From the NCBI GenBank assembly GCA_951813565.1, contig OX638351.1:2848001-2912000 (forward strand): 64,000 nt of DNA, given 5' to 3'. The position numbers and the translations under genes were made by a program. Position 1 is the stretch's first letter. Each line of letters begins with the position of its first letter. Positions 21,113 through 30,607 of the stretch are shown piece after piece. The stretch comes from an uncultured Poribacteria bacterium. Its GTDB lineage: Bacteria; Poribacteria; WGA-4E; WGA-3G. Below the pieces are notes generated by a model. That model did not search any database, was not told the origin of the DNA, and worked only from the letters and a program-made list of their open reading frames with translations.

Positions 21113-22038
21113 TTATGTATTATTCCGGAGTGCACTGGGAATAGTTTCTCCTGCGCCGACAGAACTTTCGTCCGGAGTCCCTCGTGTAGTAAAATCTTTA
21201 TTTTTTGAATTGATGGCACAAAGACCCGACTTAAAAACGGATTGTAGTCGCACTCTTCAATTTTTCTTAAGATACCACGGTAAATTTTAGCGGCTGAATA
21301 GATCGCGTACTGCGATTCTGTTTTGAGTAAGGGGATGCCAGGCATCGCTTCAGTATAGTATTGATCAGCGCGTTCGACTTGGAATTTCATCAGTGTACGT
21401 AATTGTGGTGTCATTTTTTCGTCGAAGATGTCTTGTTCTGTTACGCCGAACTCCGTTAAATCTGTTTGTGGTATATAGAGCCGTCCGATCTCTTTATCTT
21501 CTTTTATATCTCGCAGAATATTGGTCAGTTGCATGGCGATACCGAGTTGCTTTGCGTAACCAAAGGCACGTTCGTCCTTATAGCCGAGTACATGGGTCAT
21601 CATCAGTCCTACAACGGCAGCAACCCGATAACAGAAAAGCGAGAGTTCATCGAACGTTTTATACCGCGTCTGCCGAACATCCATGGCAACTCCCTTGAGC
21701 AGATCAAGTGGATATGCAATAGGAATACTATACGCCTTGGCAACGAGAATAAACGTACGAATAATTGGATGTTGAGATTCACCTGTATTGTAAGCAATCT
21801 GTAATTCTTCTGTCAAGAGTTGAACCTCTCTGAGGATTTCTGCTTCAGTCCGTTGACGCGGCGTATCAATCAGATTGTCGCAGTGTCGACAGAAACCGTA
21901 TAGTGCGAATGTCGCCCAACGCTGTTCTCTGGGCAGCATCCTTGCTGAAAAATAAAAACTTTTTGAATAGTGGGCGGTTACCCTGCGAGCATACTCAAAT
22001 GCATGTCGATTCTCTTCTGCTTTCCACAAATTCTTCAT
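21109..22038 (-). CDS. crtB: Phytoene synthase
   Basis: SKSFYF, CDNLID, YRVAAVVG, QLTNILRDIKED..GRLYIP. Confidence 0.95.
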   Translation of the reverse strand: MKNLWKAEENRHAFEYARRVTAHYSKSFYFSARMLPREQRWATFALYGFCRHCDNLIDTPRQRTEAEILREVQLLTEELQIAYNTGESQHPIIRTFILVAKAYSIPIAYPLDLLKGVAMDVRQTRYKTFDELSLFCYRVAAVVGLMMTHVLGYKDERAFGYAKQLGIAMQLTNILRDIKEDKEIGRLYIPQTDLTEFGVTEQDIFDEKMTPQLRTLMKFQVERADQYYTEAMPGIPLLKTESQYAIYSAAKIYRGILRKIEECDYNPFLSRVFVPSIQKIKILLHEGLRTKVLSAQEKLFPVHSGIIHK

Positions 22039-23528
22039 GATAAATCCTCCGCATTTAAATCCTTGACGACAAGCTTGACCGTCGTTTCTGCTGTCAGTAG
22101 AACACCCGGTACGCCGGCACCCGGATGCGTACTTGCGCCGACAAAGTATAGTTTCTGTATATCTTCACTTCGGTTGTGGGGTCGAAAATACGCTGTCTGT
22201 GTCAGTTTTGGCTCAACGCCCCATGCACTACCGAGATGGTTATTCCGTTTCTGTTTGAAATCTGAAGGTGTAAACGTTTCAAGCACTTCAATCGAACGCT
22301 TTAGGTCTGCCAACCCAAAGTCATTTTCCAAGAACGTTAACACCCTGTCCGTATACGCTGCCTTTGTCTTTTTCCAGTTGACACCGCCCTCCAAATTCGG
22401 CACCGGAATCAGGACGTACATACTCTCACAGCCTCTCGGTGCCATTGATGGATCGGTTTGCGATGGAATATGGAGATACATTGAAAAATCGTCTGGAAGC
22501 ACTTTATTGTCAAAAATATCATCTATCAACCCTTTATATCTTTCAGAAAGAATGAGCGTATGGTGCTTCAGTTGCGGATATTTTTTACGAACACCAAGAT
22601 ACAGCAGGAAGGCACTCATCGAATATTGGGTCTTTCTGAGTTTCTTGTCAGACCATTTCCTACGATGTTCAGAATTAATAAGTTCGCCATAGGTGTGTGC
22701 CAGATCGGCGTTGGAAATAACGCCATCTGCTTCGTAAAATTGTCCGTTCGCAATAACACCCTTTGCACGCCGATTTTCAACAACGATCCGTTCAACTTCT
22801 GTATCGGTTTCGACGACACCACCGAGCTGCTTGAACACGTCTTCTAACGCATGTACGAGGCTATACATGCCACCCCTGCAGAACCAGACACCCCCAACTT
22901 TTTCAAGAAACGGAATCATGAGGTAAACCGCTGGTGCCCGGAACGGATTGCCGCCGATGAACAACGGGTGAAATGAGAAGGTGAAACGGTGGCGCGGGTC
23001 ATCAAAATACCTCTTAACGAAATCATAAGCAGGCATCAATGCTTGAAGCCGTAAAGCACGCGGCAGAAAGCCGAGCATCGTCGGTAAATCAAAGGCGGTT
23101 GCACCTAATCCGTCCGTGATGACAGCATCGTAGAGTTGACGTGTATGTGCCATGAAGCGATCATAGTTATCAGCATCTTTCGCACTGAATCGCGCCATCT
23201 GTCGTTTCATCTGTTCGCCATTGTCCGTATAATCGAGAGATGTACCGTCATGGAAGTAGATACGATAAAATGGGTCAAGTTTTACCAAATCAAGGTAATC
23301 TTCCATCCGCGTATCAGCAGACGCAAACACACGTTGGATCAAATCAGGCGCGGTGATAATTGAGGGTCCCATATCGAAAGTGTAGCCGTTTTTAACGAGT
23401 TGATACGCGTGTCCACCAACTTTCGCATTCTTCTCCAGAAGCGTGACTTGCATGCCTTGCGCTTGCAGTCGAATCGCTGCTGCGAGTCCGCCAAATCCTG
23501 AACCGATGATGACAATTTTCCGTTTCAT
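22035..23528 (-). CDS. crtI: Phytoene desaturase
   Basis: IGSGFGGLAAAIRLQ, FDMGPSII, VGASTHPGAGVPGV. Confidence 0.93.
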   Translation of the reverse strand: MKRKIVIIGSGFGGLAAAIRLQAQGMQVTLLEKNAKVGGHAYQLVKNGYTFDMGPSIITAPDLIQRVFASADTRMEDYLDLVKLDPFYRIYFHDGTSLDYTDNGEQMKRQMARFSAKDADNYDRFMAHTRQLYDAVITDGLGATAFDLPTMLGFLPRALRLQALMPAYDFVKRYFDDPRHRFTFSFHPLFIGGNPFRAPAVYLMIPFLEKVGGVWFCRGGMYSLVHALEDVFKQLGGVVETDTEVERIVVENRRAKGVIANGQFYEADGVISNADLAHTYGELINSEHRRKWSDKKLRKTQYSMSAFLLYLGVRKKYPQLKHHTLILSERYKGLIDDIFDNKVLPDDFSMYLHIPSQTDPSMAPRGCESMYVLIPVPNLEGGVNWKKTKAAYTDRVLTFLENDFGLADLKRSIEVLETFTPSDFKQKRNNHLGSAWGVEPKLTQTAYFRPHNRSEDIQKLYFVGASTHPGAGVPGVLLTAETTVKLVVKDLNAEDLS

Positions 23529-23583
23529 ATCTCTTAACCTCGCCTACCAAAACAACTCCAATCGAGTCTGTCGATTTACCCAA

Positions 23584-25077
23584 TCACCTAAGCTTCGATG
23601 CGTGATCCTCCGCAATCAACGTTGCTGCCATTTTTCCAGATAATATCACCAATGGAATCCCGCCTCCCGGGTGCACCGAACCTCCTGCGAAGTAAAGCCT
23701 TTCCAAGACACGACTGCGGTTCGGTAGACGCTTGAACGCAGTAGTTCTGCTATTCGACGATACACCGTAGATGCTCCCCTGATTGCTGGCATAAAGCTCG
23801 GAAAAATCCTCCGGTGTGTAAATTTGTTCCACTTCAATTCGATCCATGATGTCAAAACCGACTCGCTTTAACTTATTCAGCACAACTGATCGCATCCGAA
23901 CCTTCTCTTTTTTCCACATCTGCCCGGGTACCAAATACGGCATGTTCAACAGCACGAACCAATTCTCGCCATCAGCTGGTGCGTGTCCGGTATCCGTTTT
24001 ATTGGTTATAGCGATATAGATAGTCGGATCATCTGGCACTCGCTGATTTTTAAAAATCTGCTTAAATTCTGCATCGTAGTCGCTGGAGAAAATAATATTA
24101 TGGTGCGCTAACTTCTGATGTTTGGCTCTAACACCCCACAGGAATACCATTCCTGACAACGACGGCTCCAATCGATTTAATTTCTCGGATCGATGTTGAT
24201 ACCCATCAATTAATTCATCATGTGCTACAACTGCGTCTGCACCACACAGCACATAATCCGTTTCCACTTTTTCACCATTAACCTGCACGCCACTGACCCG
24301 CTTACCATCGTGACAGATTTCCTCAACCCTTGTCGACGTATGAATCTGAACACCTAACTCGCATGCAACCGTTTCCAATGCGTCAATCAAACGATATATA
24401 CCACCTTTGATATAGTACCCTCCCAACCCATATTCGATATACGGAATTATGTTAAGGGTTGCGGGTGCTTGAAACGGATCTGAACCGTTGTAAGTGGCGT
24501 AGCGGTCAAACAGTTGAACGAGGCGCGGATCGGAGAAAAAACGGGAGACACTTTGGTGCACAGTCCGAAACGGATCAATTTGATGAAGCCTGAAAAGTGT
24601 CTGAAAATGCCGAGGTTTTATGAGTTTCTTGAACTCATGGATCGGTGTAAACATAAAGATTTCGGCTGTTAGGTCGTGAATACGTTCTGTGTATTTTAAG
24701 AACCGTTCATACGCTTCCACGTCATCAGTCGATAGCTGTGCGATAGCGTTTTTCATCTTCGCTTTGTCGGCACTCGCATCCATCACTGAACTATCTGAAA
24801 AGAAGTATCGGCATATCGGGTCAATCGGCACTAAGTCGAGATAATCTGACCGATTAAAACCAGCAAAATCGAACAGTTCATCAATCACAGATGGCATTGT
24901 CAATAGAGACGCTCCAGTATCAAATCGGTAGCCTCCTAAAGCGACTTCGTTTACCTTACCACCGATTTTTTCATTCTTCTCAAACAACTGAACAGAAAAT
25001 CCTAATCGCGCGAGTCGAATCGCACCACTTAGTGCTCCAAGTCCACCACCGATAACTGCCACATGTTTATTGTCCAT
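23584..25077 (-). CDS. crtD: CrtI-family desaturase, probably 1-hydroxycarotenoid 3,4-desaturase
   Basis: FDTGASLLTMP, RYATYNGSDPFQAPATLNII, GGSVHPGGGIP; second CrtI-family gene in a cluster with a hydratase. Confidence 0.7.
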   Translation of the reverse strand: MDNKHVAVIGGGLGALSGAIRLARLGFSVQLFEKNEKIGGKVNEVALGGYRFDTGASLLTMPSVIDELFDFAGFNRSDYLDLVPIDPICRYFFSDSSVMDASADKAKMKNAIAQLSTDDVEAYERFLKYTERIHDLTAEIFMFTPIHEFKKLIKPRHFQTLFRLHQIDPFRTVHQSVSRFFSDPRLVQLFDRYATYNGSDPFQAPATLNIIPYIEYGLGGYYIKGGIYRLIDALETVACELGVQIHTSTRVEEICHDGKRVSGVQVNGEKVETDYVLCGADAVVAHDELIDGYQHRSEKLNRLEPSLSGMVFLWGVRAKHQKLAHHNIIFSSDYDAEFKQIFKNQRVPDDPTIYIAITNKTDTGHAPADGENWFVLLNMPYLVPGQMWKKEKVRMRSVVLNKLKRVGFDIMDRIEVEQIYTPEDFSELYASNQGSIYGVSSNSRTTAFKRLPNRSRVLERLYFAGGSVHPGGGIPLVILSGKMAATLIAEDHASKLR

Positions 25078-25750
25078 GACGAACTGCCTTTAATTTCTCA
25101 TAAAGCATTGCGTTAAAAAGCATCAGTGTAAACCCGTATCCGAAATCTTCAACGGGGATTGTCAGAATTCGGTATCCACTCTGATACGCCTCGCCATACA
25201 AAACAATCGGTCGCGCTGTGAGGTAACCGTTGAACACCAAAATCAAACCAAAGACAATTGCGAGATAGAGATAAGTCTTTGGCCGCAGAAGCAAATCAAT
25301 ACCTAAGAATGCGTCTACCAGTCCGACAAGTCCAAAACAGCATAGTACCAACCCGGTGTACTGCTTACCTGTACTGAAAACCCATATACCGATCAGTAGT
25401 GCAGCACATAAAACCGCTCTGACGTACCTAAGGGATTTCAACTGGACTAACCAACTATCGGTATGCGGTAGGGTTTCCCATACCAACAAACATCCAAATG
25501 GAACCGTAATAAAAAAGAGCCACTCCCCAATCGGTAAACTGAATAATCGAAAGTCAAGCGTATATGTCTTATTGAACCACCAATGCAAGTCAGTGACAAG
25601 CATATCCCAAATGATATATGGAATCATGACAATTCCACTCGTAACCAGTTTCAATCGCCAATGTGAAATGGGCTTAATCTGACGGTTGAATTGGGACACT
25701 ACCGGTCCAACAATGACAATGAGATTAAACATGAGATATTCAAATTTCAT
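25067..25750 (-). CDS. crtYcd: Membrane lycopene cyclase, fused CrtYc/d type
   Basis: Two repeats of the P-x-(G/E)-E / P-x-E-D motif (PIGEWLFF, IPVEDFGY), WD, FNGYLT. Confidence 0.82.
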   Translation of the reverse strand: MKFEYLMFNLIVIVGPVVSQFNRQIKPISHWRLKLVTSGIVMIPYIIWDMLVTDLHWWFNKTYTLDFRLFSLPIGEWLFFITVPFGCLLVWETLPHTDSWLVQLKSLRYVRAVLCAALLIGIWVFSTGKQYTGLVLCCFGLVGLVDAFLGIDLLLRPKTYLYLAIVFGLILVFNGYLTARPIVLYGEAYQSGYRILTIPVEDFGYGFTLMLFNAMLYEKLKAVRHGQ

Positions 25751-25896
25751 TTTTTAAATGATTCGGCACTTGGACACCGCTCCATTTCATTACGCGGTGG
25801 TTTCCGATAGTTTCAAATGGCGTTTTGGCAACAGACCTCATTGAAAATTGACCATAAACCATCGTGAAACGAAGTGGAACGATGCCCAGAGGCCAG

Positions 25897-26460
25897 TTAT
25901 TTAAAAAGTGTGTGGAGATATGTTTTCTCATCATCCGTCAGCTTCACATTTTCAAGTAAGAACACAACAACATTTTTGATTAACTTAAGGTCATAGGTAT
26001 CCACCTGCTGTGGCATCAATTCGATGATTTTTCTGAAATCGCGCCGTGCATCATCACCACGTCTGAAGAAGAAAGGCAAGTAATAACAAGTTGTCCCGTG
26101 AATGAACAGCGCTTCAATGTCGTTTGGGTCTTTCTTTAAACCACTATCCATGATCGCTAAACCACGCTTTGCCCACTTGAGCTTGGTGTGTGGCAAAAAT
26201 GCATGCTTTCCTTTGAGAGCAAAAAGCGCACCGATGTAAACCTGTGTACGTCCAGCGTATTTTGGTGCTAACTGTTCAATTCTCCCAAACAGCTTGATTG
26301 TTGGTTCGACCAACTTTTGGTCTTCAATCGCAGCATAAAATTGCTTTCGTGCCTTCTCCAACATTTCTTCTACTGGCTTGTTAACTGCAGCACTATTGGC
26401 ACACAACGAAAGAAGCATTATTCCTATAAAATTTACATGGATGAATTGCCTAAGTCTCAT
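25897..26460 (-). CDS. Secreted helical (TPR-like) hypothetical protein in the carotenoid cluster
   Basis: Signal-peptide-like N-terminus; K..G..D..P-x-DIE..LPFFF. Confidence 0.65.
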   Translation of the reverse strand: MRLRQFIHVNFIGIMLLSLCANSAAVNKPVEEMLEKARKQFYAAIEDQKLVEPTIKLFGRIEQLAPKYAGRTQVYIGALFALKGKHAFLPHTKLKWAKRGLAIMDSGLKKDPNDIEALFIHGTTCYYLPFFFRRGDDARRDFRKIIELMPQQVDTYDLKLIKNVVVFLLENVKLTDDEKTYLHTLFK

Positions 26461-26989
26461 TACAAAAACTAATTTTTTGATACTGTTTAATAACGCGATC
26501 AAGTACCAGTTTGAACCAGTACGTGTAATTCTGCGGATTTTCTTGAATATCCTTTCTCAGCATACTTATATTTATCCATTTCCAATCGTCAACTTCGTCA
26601 GGATTTGGGGCAGGTTGACTGTTATAGTGCCCAACAAAGACGTGGTCCAATTCGTGTTCAAATAGGCTATTGTCGAGTTGGACGTGATAAATAAAACTAA
26701 AAAGCCCAGTCAATTCACAATCGAAACCCATTTCCTCATTGAGCCGCCGTCTCGCTGCGCGATAATAACTTTCGCCGGGACGTGGATGGCTACAGCAGGT
26801 ATTCGTCCACAGTCCACCGGAGTGGTATTTCGTCCATGCTCGTCTCTGAAGCAATAATTCGCCTAGGGTGTTAAAGACAAAAACCGAAAACGCGCTGTGC
26901 AATCTACCCTCACGATGCGCTTGTATCTTTTCTTGGGTGCCGATTTCTCTCCCGCTATGGTCAACGAGTATTACATGCTCTTGTATCAT
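26450..26989 (-). CDS. idi: Isopentenyl-diphosphate delta-isomerase type 1
   Basis: LHSAFSVF, LLQRRA..KYHSGGLWTNTCCSHP, EHELDHVF. Confidence 0.96.
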   Translation of the reverse strand: MIQEHVILVDHSGREIGTQEKIQAHREGRLHSAFSVFVFNTLGELLLQRRAWTKYHSGGLWTNTCCSHPRPGESYYRAARRRLNEEMGFDCELTGLFSFIYHVQLDNSLFEHELDHVFVGHYNSQPAPNPDEVDDWKWINISMLRKDIQENPQNYTYWFKLVLDRVIKQYQKISFCNET

Positions 26990-27048
26990 TGATATTTATT
27001 TCCTTCGTATCGGTATGATTTTCAGGTTAAATTGGGCGTGAATCACTA

Positions 27049-27085
27049 TGTATAATATTATTACATATTGTCTATATTTTGTCAA
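27049..27085 (-). promoter_or_regulatory. Putative crt operon promoter with CarH-type operator repeats
   Basis: Minus strand TTGACA (-35) and TAGACA at 11-bp spacing, AT-rich -10 region. Confidence 0.55.
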
Positions 27086-27247
27086 CAAATAATTTATGCA
27101 ATTTATCATAACTCTAATTTTGTATATAAAATACGTGGTGTCGTAGGATACGATCAATCACTCGATATCCGCTGTAAATAGGCAATAAATAAGCAATCCG
27201 AAGCAAAATTAAAATTCCATTCTCTGTTTAATTCTGAAACTTAGGCA

Positions 27248-27287
27248 GATACAATTTCTTGACAAATAGTATACATAATGTTATATT
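27248..27287 (+). promoter_or_regulatory. Putative carH promoter with CarH-type operator
   Basis: GATACA, TTGACA and TATACA at 11-bp periodicity; TTGACA-17 bp-TATATT with an extended TG. Confidence 0.6.
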
Positions 27288-27398
27288 AAACTGTAAGGTT
27301 TGGATGTAAAAACGTGAACATTTACGATTCGGTTTACAATTACTGAGTGAATTCGTGTGGAGGGATTCAATCGATTCAATTTAACTGAGATTATATTT

Positions 27399-27533
27399 TA
27401 TAGTAAATTATGCAAATAAGTTCACATATATTCTGTAGGAGCGATCTCCGAATCGCGATGAAACCACTAATAGTCGGGAATCGGAGTTCCCTCGGACAGC
27501 TCAGATGTCCAGTTAATTGTAGAATCCGCTATA
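27399..27533 (-). mobile_element. 135-bp MITE, copy 2
   Basis: Near-identical reverse complement of 3590-3724. Confidence 0.85.
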
Positions 27534-27621
27534 ATATACTTTCCTTGATGTTGACTCAGCGACCCTGAAGGAACATTGAGCACTAATAATGAAAAACGAA
27601 TAAAAATAAAAAAGGAAAAGA

Positions 27622-28581
27622 TTGATGACGGATGAACATAAACACGGTATTAAAACCGTTGCCATTCAGACAGGATTAACACAATTTACCATTCGGGCGT
27701 GGGAAAAGCGATACAACGTGGTCACACCGTTGCGAACCGAAACGAATCGTCGTCTTTATTCTGATGCGGAGATATCGCGACTCACGTTGCTTCGTCTGGC
27801 GACCAAGGCGGGGCATGGCATTGGACGAATAGCAAACCTGCCGACCGAAGAGCTTCTGGAACTCATTGGAACGGAGGGGACGATTGCGCAGCCCCCTGCA
27901 ATCGCGAAAGAGGATGGCTCACAAAAAACATCGCTTCATTTTTACATCGCTTCGTGCATCGCAGCGGTTAAGCGGTATGAGGCGCAAGCACTTGAGTCAA
28001 CGCTCTTCGCTGCGTCAGCCGCCTTTAGCCAGCCTGTTTTCCTTGAAAAGTTGATCGTACCCCTGATGCGAGAAATCGGTGAACAGTGGAAAGCAGGAAC
28101 TTTACGGATTGCACACGAACATCTCGCCACGGCAGTTGTTCAGACATTGTTGGGCAGTATCTGCCAAGGATCTGATGTATCTGCCTCAACGCCAAATTTA
28201 GTGATAGCGACACCGCGGGGGCAGCGCCACGAAATTGGAGCATTAATTGCCACAACGACTGCAGCCTCGCAAGGCTGGCAAGTCACCTACCTCGGTCCTA
28301 ACTTGCCAGCTGAAGAAATTGTAGGGTGTGTGGTGCAAAATGGAGCAAAGGCAATTGGGTTGAGTATCGTTCACCCGACAGATGACCCACACTTGGCGAA
28401 TGAATTACGAAAACTTCGACGCGGAATCCAAGAACATGTTGCCCTATTTGTCGGAGGGTCCGGGGCAACCGCTTACGATCCTGTCATTAACACCATCGGA
28501 GCAGTGAGAATCAATGATATGCCGACTTTTCGCACCGAACTCGAAGCCTTGCGTGTTCAACAGAACATGTCAGAAGCATAG
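27622..28581 (+). CDS. carH: MerR-family B12-dependent photoreceptor/repressor (CarH/LitR)
   Basis: TIRAWEKRY..P-x-R..RRLYS HTH; W-x9-EH; H-E-I-G and YLGPNLP cobalamin-binding motifs; divergent from the crt operon. Confidence 0.88.
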   Translation: MMTDEHKHGIKTVAIQTGLTQFTIRAWEKRYNVVTPLRTETNRRLYSDAEISRLTLLRLATKAGHGIGRIANLPTEELLELIGTEGTIAQPPAIAKEDGSQKTSLHFYIASCIAAVKRYEAQALESTLFAASAAFSQPVFLEKLIVPLMREIGEQWKAGTLRIAHEHLATAVVQTLLGSICQGSDVSASTPNLVIATPRGQRHEIGALIATTTAASQGWQVTYLGPNLPAEEIVGCVVQNGAKAIGLSIVHPTDDPHLANELRKLRRGIQEHVALFVGGSGATAYDPVINTIGAVRINDMPTFRTELEALRVQQNMSEA

Positions 28582-28742
28582 GTGAAATTGTCAACGGTGA
28601 CAAACCCGGATGCCAGTTAGAGGATGAAATCACGTTTTTCAAATCAGTTGGTGTAGGGGTGCAAGATGCAGTTGCCGCATCGGTGGTACTGACAGTGGCG
28701 GAGGCAAAAAACTTCGGCATTGTCGTTGAGGTGGTTCAATAG
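28578..28742 (+). pseudogene. Orphan 3' fragment of the ornithine cyclodeaminase-family gene
   Basis: IGEIVNGDKPGCQLEDEITFFKSVGVGVQDAVAASVVL.. is a diverged copy of 17736-17897. Confidence 0.85.
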
Positions 28743-28787
28743 TCTATTCTGACAGATGGGTGTCTTGTATAGGCAATCTGCTTGATC

Positions 28788-29645
28788 CTATTGAGTTAAG
28801 AGATAGTTGATTATCTGCGCAGCAACTTCGGCTTTCGGATCATTTTTATATACGGTATGAAAAACAATCGCTAATCTGCCACGATCACCATCTCGTACAA
28901 TGACGGGATCTGCCAAGGTTGCCTGAGGATTCCCAGTATCGCTCGCAAGAATCCTTTCAGCAAACCATTCATCCTCAAGCTGATCTAATGGAAAGGGTCT
29001 GTCAGATTTAAAATGGACCATACTTGGGGCTAATCTACTACCTTCTACTGTAACAAACATATCTATGTTGTGTTCATATACATTAATCTCAATTTCAGGG
29101 AGGTCCATTAAGTTTTGCATAGCACCGCGTTCGTTGGCTTTACCTTCTGAACTGTTATACCCAAAATAATCCGCATGATTCAAAATTGTATCACCATCCG
29201 TTGTTTCGATCCAATTTTCGGCGACAGAACCATCGGGTTGAGCATTTCCTGATGGATAGATAGTGGAAGGTAAAATACCATAAAGGATACAGACATTCAC
29301 GACACCGTTTGCTGTTGTTTGCAGCATCCAATCTCTGACAGATTCCTTACTTTTTGTTATCTCCACTTGAATACTCTCTGATTCTAAGAGAAATTTTGTC
29401 ATTTCTGCTTCATTTTCTGCATCTTCCGGTCTTATCCACAAGGTTTTACCTATATAAATCAAAACATCTACTGTACGGTCTATAGACTTGACTGGTATAA
29501 CATCTGATGATTCCTGCTCCACCATTTCTGCCGATTCTGCATTCGGTACAACAGGCCCCTCCACTTTCTGCATTTTATTGCAACTGGCAAAGGAAACCGT
29601 CCAACCAATTAGAACGGTAATAACTAACCATTGGTATTTTTGCAT
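28788..29645 (-). CDS. Putative lipoprotein, paralog A
   Basis: Lipobox FASC; shares ENWIETTDGDTILNHADY with 30608-31420. Confidence 0.75.
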   Translation of the reverse strand: MQKYQWLVITVLIGWTVSFASCNKMQKVEGPVVPNAESAEMVEQESSDVIPVKSIDRTVDVLIYIGKTLWIRPEDAENEAEMTKFLLESESIQVEITKSKESVRDWMLQTTANGVVNVCILYGILPSTIYPSGNAQPDGSVAENWIETTDGDTILNHADYFGYNSSEGKANERGAMQNLMDLPEIEINVYEHNIDMFVTVEGSRLAPSMVHFKSDRPFPLDQLEDEWFAERILASDTGNPQATLADPVIVRDGDRGRLAIVFHTVYKNDPKAEVAAQIINYLLTQ

Positions 29646-29820
29646 TTATAATTCTCCTGAAGTATAATATGTGTATAAAATGATACTATGCACTATAGGC
29701 AGTAGCAAATTTTTTGATAGTAGCACGTTTGACACGATAAACCACTCCACAAACATTGGTGGTTTATCGTTCTTGCGCCGTTATTTAGAAAAAACTCCGC
29801 ATTTCTTAATGTGAACAAAT

Positions 29821-30537
29821 ATGATTAAAGCAGTATTCTTTGACCTTGATAACACACTCTGTGACTCCGATACAGCCTGGAGACTTGCAGTAAAAGAAAC
29901 ATTTGATCTTTTTAGCAAGCATGAACCGGAAGTTTCAAAAGAGGCACTTACAAAAGCATGGACAACAGTTCATCAGGAACTCTTTCAGCAACTTGACGCG
30001 GGGAAATGCTCTATGGCAGAAGTAAGAGACTCACGTTTCTCGTATTTATTCAAAGAACTCAATTTGTCCCCAGGTGAAATTACAGAAGAACTCAATGACT
30101 TTCTCAGTACCCGCTACCTCACGAGTTTAAGTCTTTACGAAGATGTTACGGTACTTGAAGAACTACACGCATACCATGTCGGTATCATTACAAATGGTGC
30201 ACACGATGAACATACTGACAGTCAACTCTCTAAAGTCCGACACCTGGGACTAACCGAGCGTATTCAGTCGTTGACAATATCCGGTGAAATCGGTGTCAGG
30301 AAACCGAATTTTGAAATCTTCAAAGTGGCTTGTGAACATGCCAACGTTTTGCTGAAAGAGGCAATGCTTGTAGGAGACTCCATTCAAAATGACATCATTG
30401 GTGCTAACCGTGCAGGCATGACAAGCGTTTTGATCGACCGCAATTTGGGTGTATCAATCCCGAAAATAGCGGACGCACAATCAGACTATTCAATCTCAAA
30501 TCTATATGACGTTTTGGCATGCTTGGAACATAAATAG
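29821..30537 (+). CDS. HAD-superfamily hydrolase
   Basis: FFDLDNTL, ITNG, KP, VGDS..ND..GA. Confidence 0.92.
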   Translation: MIKAVFFDLDNTLCDSDTAWRLAVKETFDLFSKHEPEVSKEALTKAWTTVHQELFQQLDAGKCSMAEVRDSRFSYLFKELNLSPGEITEELNDFLSTRYLTSLSLYEDVTVLEELHAYHVGIITNGAHDEHTDSQLSKVRHLGLTERIQSLTISGEIGVRKPNFEIFKVACEHANVLLKEAMLVGDSIQNDIIGANRAGMTSVLIDRNLGVSIPKIADAQSDYSISNLYDVLACLEHK

Positions 30538-30607
30538 GATTAGAATCGCATTGAAAAACACAGTTTATCCTGTAACACAAGTGGCATGGATAGAATTAAG
30601 CTTAAAC

